Assembly: GCA_000004985.1 (NCBI GenBank)
Contig: GG738853.1
DNA: 64,000 nt
From: Naegleria gruberi
Lineage: Eukaryota
Strand: one strand, 5' to 3'
A model generated the notes under the pieces. That model was not told the DNA's origin and searched no databases. It worked only from the letters and a program-made list of their open reading frames with translations. The stretch's first letter is position 1. Each line of letters opens with the position of its first letter. Positions 54,501-60,902 of the stretch are shown one piece after another. The position numbers and the translations under genes are program-made.

Positions 54501-55479
54501 CATCCCAACTCCTAACAAGGTTTCTGGACAAGGTGATAACAGGGACAAGTTTGTTCCAACTCCAAAGAGCACAAGTGATCAACATCTCAAGTGGTATGAA
54601 TTTGTAGGAATGTTAATGGGTATTGGTATTCTTACGAAGAACGTTTTGCCATTCGATTATCCTTCCTTAATTTGGAAAAGTCTTGTTAATGAAAAGATTG
54701 GTTGGACTGATTTGAGATCCTTTGATGAAGAAATTTACAATGCCATGAAATCAATACTTGAACTTGGAGATGTAGACGATTCAGATTATGAATTGAAATC
54801 AATTATGGAAGACAGTTTCTCTCAGACCTACTATGGAAGAATGCTTACCACAATGGGAAGCGACGGCAAAGAAGTAGAGCTTGTACCAAATGGTACTAAT
54901 ATTGAACTTTCCTATAATAATAGAAAACAATATGCAAACTTGATCTATGATTACCGATTAACTAAAGAGTTTAATTCCCAATTGAATGCCATCAGAAAAG
55001 GACTGTTCAACATGCTCACTAACAGATACTTTAGTCTCTTCTCTTGGCATGAACTGGAAAGAAACGTGTGTGGTATTCCTGATGTAGATGTTGAAAAATT
55101 GAAGCAACACACAATTTATGAAGGATACACAATCCAAAGTAGAGAAATCAAGCACTTCTGGGAAATTATGCAAGCATTCAGTCCAGAACAGCGCTCACTT
55201 TTCCTCAAATTCGTCTGGGGTAGAGGTAGAATGCCTTACAATGAGAGTGAGGCCTTCTCCAATCCAATGAAGATTCAAAAACTTGATAGACCAAATCCTG
55301 ACATTGTCTTGCCACTTTCGCACACTTGTTTCTTCTCTATTGAGTTGCCATCCTACTCTACAAAGGAAATTATGAAAGAAAAACTCTTGTATGCCATCAT
55401 CAACTGTAAAGCTATTGATATTGATTTTACTACAAGCGCAATAGAAGCTCAGAATTATTCTATTGCTGTAAGAAGATAA
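42538..55479 (+). CDS. giant HECT-domain E3 ubiquitin ligase (4313 aa) with UBR-box, SPRY-like, UBA and two ZZ zinc-finger modules
   Basis: Single uninterrupted 12,942-nt ORF from ATG 42538. The N-terminus is P/N-rich low complexity. A UBR-box-type finger lies at ~49.28-49.47 kb (CSFTFTGKKFHKQYYYSCQTCS...CAFCARTCHRGHRL...FYCDCG). A SPRY/B30.2-like segment lies at ~49.8-50.2 kb (WPGFYFEVELV...IGCGFI...TIFFTKNG). A UBA domain lies at ~50.57-50.69 kb (LVEQMKLMGFTNDKVCLKALQLANDDINLALNYVFEG). Two ZZ fingers are present (CSGCRSNISGVRYHCVECEEYDLCEKC at ~53.28-53.42 kb and CDNCGVNPIKGIRYWCENCENFNLCEKC at ~53.51-53.65 kb). The C-terminal HECT domain has the catalytic Cys in ...LPLSHTCFFSIELPSY... (~54.4-55.48 kb). 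Confidence 0.9.
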   Translation: MYNSNTTNVRPISSSMGPPPLSANSASRRTIAATTGPPPFNPNNRVPTAVVTTPMPMVNGGQPPNPFFRPPYPNNPPIPNGMIPNNMGGYMPQPMWSPNVPVTSPSMRNQPPVQNNFMPVNNNNTSMTLSTPSSSASRNRSVSIGSAPVPTGDPNEAKLFDELLTTFYSDPVRIDEISRMDLFCIRSALPKTTFEEIDIFSSYFGHGSSVDASSFGANLLLNDDNNNNNNTTLDYNNGQNSVISSLRHAIRKLYLEAFRDDDKFSASLLSYHLLLYKRLKILEKVQEFQHGKMNSTQSLKVQFEQLPSNNALSIAVDHNIDKPSTSVIATCALSSVPVNTTEMTQVAEHQYQPLKREDLDTFTKNLIKAMQKSDVKKGIFAKLRKSKSESIYKIITKYAYPLCLPLEILDIESLNPVKQYLVEYSLDKENGLKRRTKSIHSMLLLALSTGSLLDMLQVLQCLLSLSENPDDPLIDAETEDEGSFVMRAETLKPLQQFQYLIKMHLDQLEKDSSHTPGKNNDLPTYLLPQHIWNDPNYSLISFSSNGVSLNFNWKKPYLTAKRLFLFLLNQIDMLATHYLYCESYSTINSQGDLVIELGDSKNINSLLNHREKFLKNKISANIKFSIELGSPRTFSSLLDIIDSMLQIQNTSNSELNGVKNYSIAALFRILHLNVKALSLWKKGRENVNQLVQHRMSSSTGYSNVNFIESMKGYFLGFLKEIDTDLETNQDGLKSFETIHEAKPSSQSRSKDPNIKEQPKNQQKTTQDQKKDVTTNPFILNLFGSTAKEPVQEEQQTNFDIEENDDFVVISTTPGHPNNREQPPTPEEVKNVSKYRSILAALAPQTFMSKFISEKMLDILVTGFSIFYPSPEEQRFFLEDSISILSNGGKSNSTSLLSSSTEVPLRRNFLKKLLERLVNDFTLFEKLIANGIGMSDVSVVIPFTEKLLEFIKRQEQFKMAEVLSKLSKFTPEKDIKPNDIYMHEDLEIIANLVKQLMIMWQNFLFHYVHSIFSKSSVSNNNGVVNSILGTNTGKVLFEYSRLILNQSEEVLNEMCKISAEIIEVKSKVDKSSVDEVNSLLTIGICEGILQKGATGWLCFPLLLNFAKFLWKGSILSNSKSAAGNVVIESQLEKLTQFLYPPVVNLLRMIDLLCQFCDVQEFKSEAERLLIDWTIVETEHPYDGNVTDWKEVNFIDPNNNIINVGIKFDPRCITSGPEDHLRINSLQKIANLQALQFSGHGTTIPVNPLLTWGAGMSCSFKSGNFALNSSEGGKQGSMWGMRCLVVPVRSFSAPPLFMYEFSKLLGHIGGRCSTYLLSTYPYSSDEDKYVEWLESKIFANGIKGEIGQPTEQNTEKQSNNNNNGLLLLRMEEDFSKNSMMYQQAKTIAPGKFGSNPYDLIEKVDVDSSSSDVLDVADKFLLEMIEPTSNTSAPINYCNYMYQRILNKESFTQMMQQVPDVVSAERAVIAAVLKHTGLDSLARKVSDAVAESPFLLSENVDKDSYEKSMSLLDIMFKNGDYEKLKLMWRKVGRTLREWMIKTKQQKQLSYRDMRDFIVQKCKFLISLESAFMSTVPLDARDIGTTEKSSLFKKVQSPRAVEKSSLFSQQLTHNFVFNRFKKGNIGGFTNILPSDDFVGDISSQIVKFIQSDIIPVRIQNLMRMRSERALNRATSLQMFSELLQSTQFASVKAEIVHGIKAVRQNRSMKKIDSPNFHYFNNVEGSGPMYSDILSSSLSDFLKQLFYPLDSCISTSSQEEKEKQLRVLVQSGLLREILDICLISFKHNDIKWIMQFDFLEKLSYLMYNTISTPEQNTDKFKRRDGFTEEQKEINKKSWKIFRLLSIRCVEMLEENAITDPVVESQLNDLRDTVFNLLFKDLKRVIGDMNSEISSEVLEEMLSLMVSLSNTPSAQSCLSSERFQQLLLPLLRLESYPKVQELSLKLCGQLITSYGELSTDNNYSEGLKELLTILFEFLGAYETKQVTGDASLVNDKDGSGSIGMKMAKDIFNLIRKLFRDIPVDDHSSAPYFVGVLTSLMDQAINLSTQNIIQSIRKGKTSVLKDIQLVYSTLTVLNGFNCVPQIGEIVNVDMNGRVEKAKVKEIEETYHLIKIELCDKTVIHREHFVSAENVKVETNQPIEKFDLQKQHVHSLFKFITELGVMVNGTDLSLDDKILYSNLWMRSLRWLLDAISIQNNYSTIVTETLLGADSDYANMLEKLVGLGEKSTIYQTLANETNKSLITYGKDLKLDSCSFTFTGKKFHKQYYYSCQTCSMNTNQAVCAFCARTCHRGHRLGTLEVGDFYCDCGAGEAAAKTHGTSNCKSLRNASPDPILTTERMESVMLRLQKLMPISSKRNQADTLDLVPNSPNSSTASQNNQPVQKGPSKFVVTNTLVQDGVPYTINNAPGELPLITFNPMRLYSPKHSIIATDFSVPMSWPGFYFEVELVDCGESFAIGFSLPFNPTSAITYKTIFSQTQNMYTWHTEAGTLYKGNTIVKNSYPTASTKDVIGCGFIREQKTIFFTKNGVNLGPSFQNVDLITLSPIIAMKGKNVQARVNVSMIKPFQFNLPRNFKLLVPVYYAINNPTSEIVETNQPLGKPSQPVVQNELSVFETRVKELKSVVNGLYTEDDIRRVLTSLNNMEGSNLNILNFALSILHRNMQPQVQVISKTNAPTQPEAVPVLRLQLVEQMKLMGFTNDKVCLKALQLANDDINLALNYVFEGVVVEDTPPLIPNMASSSSISIPSSIAPPANPFVDREEFIKKNEKSVNDILLFENSGVPLLGSECNNSDMKQRLLKAMLQNPDMKINENNFCDSNNLREGDLVVVSPRIVAVADNNSDSGYDLSRNKKTAALSKLRGKLGVVSRKVTYGPYVMVAEEQGAGSIVTDLVESKNVYTAPHELKGITINDVPAKCLEFYMALSSTYIRTTILKALIKASEMKNFKMDLPKTFSTKKNLMKGLKLTLIDSYHHLDTDYNFISSYTNNVILEKSVDYDNNYTFANKTLPAIEHFESWKNMEITNSENKASDIFLEIEEEALNDLNAYTLGLNNYRKYDYRKDMNVLHQQPTPYKQHFIQFYGATSIAIILGEKFELPTTLDCLTFYFDRNGKKVALQIKGGTPVQDRCLIITTNNYNYFNQTEPFANQAQLYFEFTGPSVRENNGVTFYAAPYTTKLSQRDAFLQPNMLLSSLVLKYSAISRKSRKVDFTAALYFPIMGRYLLTPFAPFKGIVADALCQLDYSSPVIFNSHIDPMSHTGIRDSIVKSGPAYAHLSLLKRFRVELEDLYRKYLRYNETSPHALHNFHALTEFMTVVRKYLVSDLCQSMFPSASSSLSNLPTNLANILDKHHMYSCKLDQQHYGRTVERETLACTSCTHSVAKQLSMYETKPSSSFAKYFANESTKCQSQVAMEFQIKYDHENSCNVATSIVPIGTTSESVSKLFSKEDNLLQVNPSDWFEHVSWVDQLTIIREFLETFTSNNGRTFPEWTLFESILEKRKKVCYKESKHPYSVVNDSDKIKIPGAKTLYITFDKHSKTHKCDRLLFSTKKAGSDDLGSFGGDELKDKTIVVHGTDSVYYDFTCGGGDHDVKCSGCRSNISGVRYHCVECEEYDLCEKCVSKQGRVHSDLHLFLKIRRPVDCMPAMIPSLYTPRWRSTSQFKGNIHVGVKCDNCGVNPIKGIRYWCENCENFNLCEKCADTEFKYHDRMHIFLRVVRPLPPKNQMPANALPYGLVYEKDMDSHWGYMFSVSSSIEACPRISQVQNEIDEIRSLMKIGKDNQPIGEDDVDPVEFDKQLLEYVETYSNGWQSLEWNQLSPKKEELTNLPLLDRVPLNRLRYRFVLLKLFNRRISRVINILDFTNTSNIERMNDSRAVTITDMISQQLRDRIFYSVKMDAWQHTIMKSHVTVDPIHLKLNRHLASEMHPTDRQRNAFNSLFIQAFNQVKSMHPKILSRKQASWKVTLIGEAADDYGGPFRESLSNMCQELIANDPSVLDLFIPTPNKVSGQGDNRDKFVPTPKSTSDQHLKWYEFVGMLMGIGILTKNVLPFDYPSLIWKSLVNEKIGWTDLRSFDEEIYNAMKSILELGDVDDSDYELKSIMEDSFSQTYYGRMLTTMGSDGKEVELVPNGTNIELSYNNRKQYANLIYDYRLTKEFNSQLNAIRKGLFNMLTNRYFSLFSWHELERNVCGIPDVDVEKLKQHTIYEGYTIQSREIKHFWEIMQAFSPEQRSLFLKFVWGRGRMPYNESEAFSNPMKIQKLDRPNPDIVLPLSHTCFFSIELPSYSTKEIMKEKLLYAIINCKAIDIDFTTSAIEAQNYSIAVRR

Positions 55480-55734
55480 TTATTTCAATAAAACTGAATA
55501 ATCTTCAAAGCAATTAATGCCAATTCATTATTTTGTTTATATCAAAGAAGGAAAACTGAAAGGAAACCTCAGTGCTTGCTTTGAAGACTTAAAACTCACC
55601 AGTAATGCTACTGGAATGACAAAAACCTCCTTGAAATATTAGAATTGTTACAAATAAGTGATTCTATTTTTTCACATTTCCAAATTGGTATTCACCAAAG
55701 CATAAATTTTTTCAATCAAAAAAAATACGCGAAA

Positions 55735-56220
55735 ATGAGCAGCAAGAATACTGTCTTTAAGAAAATTATTATTGGTTGTGACCACGGAGCAGTTGATTTG
55801 AAGAATCAAACTGTGAATTATATTAAATCGGTTTACGGAAGTAAGCTTGACAATTTTTTCGATTTTGGTGTTCATACTGAAGATAGAGTTGACTATCCAG
55901 ATATTGCTCATGAAGTTTGCAAACGTATTCAATCAAATGAATATGATGGAGGTATTTTGTTGTGCGGAACTGGTGTTGGTATTTCAATTGCTGCTAACAA
56001 ACATGAAGGAATTAGAGCAGGACTTTGTCACGATGATTACACTGCTGAAATGATTAGAAAACACAATAATTGTAATATTCTCGCTTTCGGAGGTAGAACA
56101 ACAGGTATTGAAATTGCTAAAAGAATGGTTGATATTTTCCTTACCACTGAATTTGAAGGTGGAAGACATGCTGAAAGAGTTGACAAGTTGAAAATTACTT
56201 CATGTTGCGAAAGTAAATAA
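55735..56220 (+). CDS. rpiB: ribose-5-phosphate isomerase B (RpiB/LacAB family)
   Basis: The track ORF starts at TTG 55645 and the first ATG is 55735 (MSSKNTVFKKIIIGCDHGAVDLK...). It aligns throughout with E. coli RpiB: IGCDHGA, VDYPDIAHEV, DGGILLCGTGVGISIAANKHEGIRAGLCHDDYTAEMIRKHNNCNILAFGGRTTGIEIAKRMVDIFLTTEFEGGRHAERV. Confidence 0.9.
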   Translation: MSSKNTVFKKIIIGCDHGAVDLKNQTVNYIKSVYGSKLDNFFDFGVHTEDRVDYPDIAHEVCKRIQSNEYDGGILLCGTGVGISIAANKHEGIRAGLCHDDYTAEMIRKHNNCNILAFGGRTTGIEIAKRMVDIFLTTEFEGGRHAERVDKLKITSCCESK

Positions 56221-56243
56221 ATATTAAATAATATTATATTATT

Positions 56244-57545
56244 TTACAAAACTGGTGTATCGTGTAAGGCACAACAAACTACTGCTTTTGCATGTCCCTT
56301 ATATTCTTTGATATATTCTCCTCTATTACAATCCCAAAGTTTAGCTGTCAAATCTGAGCTTGCTGTCACTAAATATGAAGAATCAGAATTGTAAGTACAA
56401 TCCCAAACCCATTTCTTATGTCCATTAAGAGTCTTTTGAAGTCTACATTGACTAGATAAATCCCACAATCTAACAGTGGAATCTGAACTACAAGTAGCAA
56501 GTTGTGTACAGTTTGGAGCAATTTTACATTTAAGAATATAATGATTAAAGTGAGCATTGAATTGATAGATCAATCGTATGACACCATCTTCAGTAATTGT
56601 ACAAGTTTGCTCATTATTGGTTGTTGTCTTTGGAGTTGGGAATATTGATGGTGTTGCTGGTTGTACCATATCATGTAATTGGGCTCCAATATTGATACCA
56701 CTCATTGATGAGGTCAATGGTGTTGTACTACCAAAGTCAGAGAATGATTTTGAAGAAGATAAAAGTGGCTTTGATGATGTAACAAAATTCTTCTCAGCAC
56801 TAAAACCATATGATTCCCAAATACTATTCTCTGTTTCTTCATAGCACTTGTAGTGATAAATATATACATTTCCCTTTTGATTGGCAACAGCAATTGTTCT
56901 TCCATCTTGACTAACATCTACACTTCTAATAGGAGTTCCTTTACATACACAAATCTTGTAGGCACACTTGTCTTCGGTCAAGTCCCAAATTCGCAAATAT
57001 CCCTTCTGATCACCAGCAATTAATTCTACTTGATTTGGATGTAAAACAACAGAATTAACGTGATTATTACTTGCTCTAATACCTTTAGAACTCTTCTTTT
57101 TACGTTGTTGTTTACCTGATGATCCACATACTGAATATTCTCTCTGACAAGTAAAAGTACGTAAATCCCAAACTCTCACCGTTCCATCTTCTCCAGCACT
57201 GTACATCCACTTGTCTTCCTGTTGAAATCCAATAGCTAGAATATTTGCAGTGTGTCCTTCTAAACTACCAACAAGTGGTAATTGTTGTTGCTGTTGTTGT
57301 TGTGGTTGGGATCTACTACTCGACTTCATGGTTCTTCCTCTTGGTGGATCACTTGTAGCCAATTGAAAGAGACGAATATGATTGTGAGAGGCAGCAGCCA
57401 ATAAATGTTTGTTGTGGGAAATACAGAGAGCATTTACTTGTGGATCCGTATAATTGATGGTGTGAGAGCAAACATTTGTGGTTGGTTCCCACAAGCGAAT
57501 GGTCTTATCGTAGGAGGCTGTACAGAGAATAACTCCTTGTGGCAT
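56244..57545 (-). CDS. lst8: LST8 (GbetaL) WD40-repeat subunit of TOR complexes, with lineage-specific insertions
   Basis: ATG at 57545-57543 and 433 aa. It is collinear with LST8 from N- to C-terminus (VILCTASYDKTIRLWEPTTNVCSHTI...QVNALCI vs [26 protein letters not shown]...QVNALEV; C-terminal ...EYKGHAKAVVCCALHD vs ...EYGGHQKAVVCLAFND). There are seven WD40 blades. Inserted are a poly-Q tract (QPQQQQQQQLP), a basic KQQRKKKSSK insert and a ~60-aa S/T-rich loop. Confidence 0.9.
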   Translation of the reverse strand: MPQGVILCTASYDKTIRLWEPTTNVCSHTINYTDPQVNALCISHNKHLLAAASHNHIRLFQLATSDPPRGRTMKSSSRSQPQQQQQQQLPLVGSLEGHTANILAIGFQQEDKWMYSAGEDGTVRVWDLRTFTCQREYSVCGSSGKQQRKKKSSKGIRASNNHVNSVVLHPNQVELIAGDQKGYLRIWDLTEDKCAYKICVCKGTPIRSVDVSQDGRTIAVANQKGNVYIYHYKCYEETENSIWESYGFSAEKNFVTSSKPLLSSSKSFSDFGSTTPLTSSMSGINIGAQLHDMVQPATPSIFPTPKTTTNNEQTCTITEDGVIRLIYQFNAHFNHYILKCKIAPNCTQLATCSSDSTVRLWDLSSQCRLQKTLNGHKKWVWDCTYNSDSSYLVTASSDLTAKLWDCNRGEYIKEYKGHAKAVVCCALHDTPVL

Positions 57546-57738
57546 TTTTCTAATAATTTATAATCTTTTATTTTTTTTATTATTAATTGATGATGTTGAT
57601 GAGGTGTGGATTGACCTCAATTCAGATTGTGTGATTTCCTCAATCAAGTTTTTACTGTAAAAATAACTTTCCCTCCAAAATATTGAAATGTTTTATGTAT
57701 TGGCGCGAACACTTTGAAAAAAAAATAGTCAACTTGTG

Positions 57739-60007
57739 ATGGAGGCACCAGTATTTACCAACGTCAAACAAGCCTTAATCACATCGGCTGAAGCTCTTCT
57801 GATTGATCATAGCGCTATCAAAACTGAAGAGGATGTGATTGTAAGTAATTATTTATTCTCATAATTAAATCATTGATAATTATTCGAATAGTCAATTAAA
57901 ATCAATCAGCACGGTTCGAAAAGAGAACAATTAGAATTTAAGGCTAACTCCTTGAATGAAAGTATGAAGTCGATCAAATCATCTCTGGATGAAACTTGGA
58001 AGAACACCACTTCTCTTCAATATGGAACGGTTGTTCATGTTGCCTCTTTGAAGAAATATTCCGAAAGTACTGATGAATACAAGAAGGATTTCACCATGTT
58101 CGATCAAGAATTTCAATCTGTGAGAGAAAGAATGGATCAGTTGAATAGTCAATTCATAGAATTTAGTTCGAAAATGTCTCTTGAGGAGAAGAAGAAATCC
58201 GACTTATCAAAGGCTGTTAAGACCGCTGTTCTATCAAAGCAATCTCTGGAAAAGGCCATTGAAGCAAGCAGTCAAAGGATATTAGATACAGAGAAGGCTC
58301 TTTCTGAAATGAATATCAACCTTTCCTCCACACTAAGCGAGTTGCAAAACAAGGAGAGACTTTTGCAATCCACTTTGTTCGAAACCAAACAGCAAGAAGA
58401 GAATGAAAAGGCAGCCAAGTCAGAGCTCGAATCAGCCACAGAAAGGAGGGAGAAGAAAGCTCAATCATTGAATGACCTTGTGCAAAAGATAGAACATTCA
58501 AAGACAGAGAAGGAGGAAGCAATCTCAAATTTAGATTTGAAGGGAAAGGAGGTATTCAATGAAGTGACAAAGAGTATTGACATGGAAATTGAGCAAATCA
58601 ACCAAGATGTAGAGCAACGTAAGGGCAGCCTTTCATGTATGCAAGAAGATTTGAAGAATTTGGAAGGCGTAACAGTCCAACAAAAGTAAGTAATTGATTA
58701 TTCTTTGGATCATTCACCGATTAACAGAAAGTTATTGTTTGAAAAGCAAAAGTCAGTAGTTGAAAAAAGAAAAGAATTGTGTCTGTTGGAAAGAAATTTA
58801 GAGACCAAGAAGCAAGAAACAATTCAATACCATAGGCATGTAGAGTCAATCAAAAAAGATTTAGCCAACATCTCCAAGTCAATTGAAAAATCTAATGCCG
58901 AGTTGTCCTCAAAGATTGATCTTCTCAAAGAAGTTTCAGAACCAAGCTCTGAATTGATGACTGTGAAGAAAGACCATGAAGATATTTGTCAAGCATTGGG
59001 AAAGGTTAAAGAAACGATCCAGTCTAAGAAAATTCACATTGAAAATGGTTTACACAAGCTGAAGGATCACAAGGTTAGTATCTATGATTTTTGTTTTAAC
59101 GAGCTTTTTAGGTTTTGATTCAAGAAAATATGAACAAGTCATCCTCACTTCAGAGTGAAATCTCTCAATATGACATACATCTTTCAGAGATTTCAAGATT
59201 AGAACCAGATCTCCAAAAACAAATTAAGAAATATGAGCAAGCAAGCTCTGAATACGAAACACGGTTGGCAAAGGCAGAGGAGAAGTGTAGCATGTCCTCC
59301 AAATATTCTGAAGGAAAGAAGAAGTTTGACGAGCAAGTGGCCCAAAAGAAAAATGAAGTCGAACAAAAGAAGAAGCAAGTGGAAGAGGATCTTAAGAAAC
59401 AATTCGAATCAGATATCCAAAAGATTCAAATAGAAATGGAGAATGAAGAAGATAAGGCTGAGGAAAATCTCAGATTGTTATTGATCAGGCATGAGAAGGA
59501 GAGAAAGAAGAGGGTAAGTATTCTCCTTTTCTTTATGAATGACTCATTACAAATGTAGGCCGAAACAATTGAGGAACTTAAGCTTAAGGCTGAAAAGGCA
59601 AAGAAACGTAAAGCACGTAATCTAGAAGAGACTCCAAAGAAGAAGAAAAAGAAGAGTGTCACAGATGATATTGATGAAGACATTTTCTCTGTGGTAAGTT
59701 TTCAAAATTCTAATTTCCAATCACCTTGCACCTTTAGTCATCACAAAGTTCAGACATAACAAGAACTTTTGTCAAAACCACATCAAAGAAGGATAAGCAA
59801 CCCAAACCAAAGAAAACCAAGGAAACAAATCTATCTCCACCAAGTAGCACTAAGGGAAGAAGAAAAAGTCAAACAGAAACCAAATCAAAGAAGGCAGAAC
59901 AGGTTGAGTCCACTGGAAAGAAAAGCAAGACACCTACAAGCAAAACAAGTAAGAAGAAAGATAGCTTGAATAATTCTCAAATGTCTGTCTTTGATTTTAC
60001 AGACTAG
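57739..60007 (+). CDS. coiled-coil protein with K-rich C-terminal tail, six exons: 57739..57840, 57892..58685, 58728..59073, 59112..59513, 59559..59693, 59738..60007
   Basis: ATG at 57739. The donors are GTAAGT (57841), GTAAGT (58686), GTTAGT (59074), GTAAGT (59514) and GTAAGT (59694). Every intron ends in TAG and the introns are 51, 42, 38, 45 and 44 nt long. Phases are 0, 2, 0, 0, 0. Splicing joins three track ORFs (57952.., 58705.., 59115..) and two short exons into one ~683-aa frame ending at TAG 60005-60007. The protein is almost entirely heptad-repeat coiled coil with a basic KKKKKK...SKKKD tail. Unspliced, each junction hits a stop within a few codons. Confidence 0.65.
57841..57891 (+). 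other. intron 1 of coiled-coil gene (51 nt)
   Basis: GTAAGTAATT...CGAATAG. Phase 0. Confidence 0.55.
58686..58727 (+). other. intron 2 of coiled-coil gene (42 nt)
   Basis: GTAAGTAATTG...TTAACAG. Phase 2 (AA|A). Confidence 0.55.
59074..59111 (+). other. intron 3 of coiled-coil gene (38 nt)
   Basis: GTTAGTATC...TTTTTAG. Phase 0. This is the shortest intron in the window and has a non-consensus position-3 T. Confidence 0.45.
59514..59558 (+). other. intron 4 of coiled-coil gene (45 nt)
   Basis: GTAAGTATTC...AAATGTAG. Phase 0. Confidence 0.55.
59694..59737 (+). other. intron 5 of coiled-coil gene (44 nt)
   Basis: GTAAGTTTTC...CCTTTAG. Phase 0. Confidence 0.55.
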
Positions 60008-60058
60008 AGAACTTCCAACTGTACATATTATAAATATTAATAATGGTTGTCTGAACGT

Positions 60059-60583
60059 TTACTGATTCCTCAGTTCTTGTTTGACTTCAGTTAGTAACTT
60101 TCCAAGTAGATTTAAACCAGGCCATTTTGAAGGGTGGGTCTCTATTGCTTCGTGTTCTCTCATTCCTATTCCCCAAATTGCATCATTTGGAGATGCTTCC
60201 GCTAATATCTTATCGCCAGTACTTAATAGAGTTTGTTTGATATCCTCATTCTGTGAAAATTTTGCATAAAGATGTCTCTTCATAATTAGCTCTCTATTTT
60301 GATTCCACATGTCGTCAGTGAAATTCGACACCATTCTTCCAAGCTGTTTAGCATTTGATGGACTTGTATTGGCCAAAATATCTTTTGCCACCTCATCATC
60401 TCCGAATAATTTAGCTTTCCCATACATCATTCCTTGTTCTGTATTTGCAAATTGAATTCCATCTAATACATAACTAGCTGCATGCCAATTACTAAACACT
60501 GATTTATCCTTCCAAAAGAACTCGTATTTTTGAGTATTGCCGAACTTGTCGTATGGTTTCTTTGATTGTTGTTGGGATGGCAT
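60059..60583 (-). CDS. NADAR-domain protein (YbiA-like, DUF1768)
   Basis: ATG at 60583-60581 and 174 aa. It matches the E. coli YbiA/NADAR family along its full length (...YEFFWKDKSVFSNWHAASYVLDGIQFANTEQGMMYGKAKLFGDD...ILANTSPSNAKQLGR...). The domain is predicted to process NAD-derived or ADP-ribose-type metabolites. Confidence 0.8.
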   Translation of the reverse strand: MPSQQQSKKPYDKFGNTQKYEFFWKDKSVFSNWHAASYVLDGIQFANTEQGMMYGKAKLFGDDEVAKDILANTSPSNAKQLGRMVSNFTDDMWNQNRELIMKRHLYAKFSQNEDIKQTLLSTGDKILAEASPNDAIWGIGMREHEAIETHPSKWPGLNLLGKLLTEVKQELRNQ

Positions 60584-60902
60584 TTTTTTATAGTTTTTTC
60601 AAAAACTTTCATGTTGGAAATTGATGTTGTAAACAATTATTTTTAAAACTGTTTACAATAAATACAATTAAAAAACAATATTTAATCAACTACCGACAAC
60701 ATTCTAAGTGTAACTATGCTCAATATGTTAAATAATTTAAATTCTTGTTAACATTCTTAAGACAACATTTGAATAAGAAATAAGAAACAAACTTAATATT
60801 GTTAATTTGCCCTCCCGCGGAGTTCTATTCCTTTCTTCTATTTTCTTAAATGATCTATCAACATCTGCCAACTGTAACATCTGTCGCATTTGTTAAAAAA
60901 AA

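Noticed and set aside
57905-57920. tRNA-like T-arm motif GGTTCGAAAAG.
   Set aside because: It lies inside a coding exon of the coiled-coil gene. No acceptor stem, anticodon arm or flanking structure can be formed.
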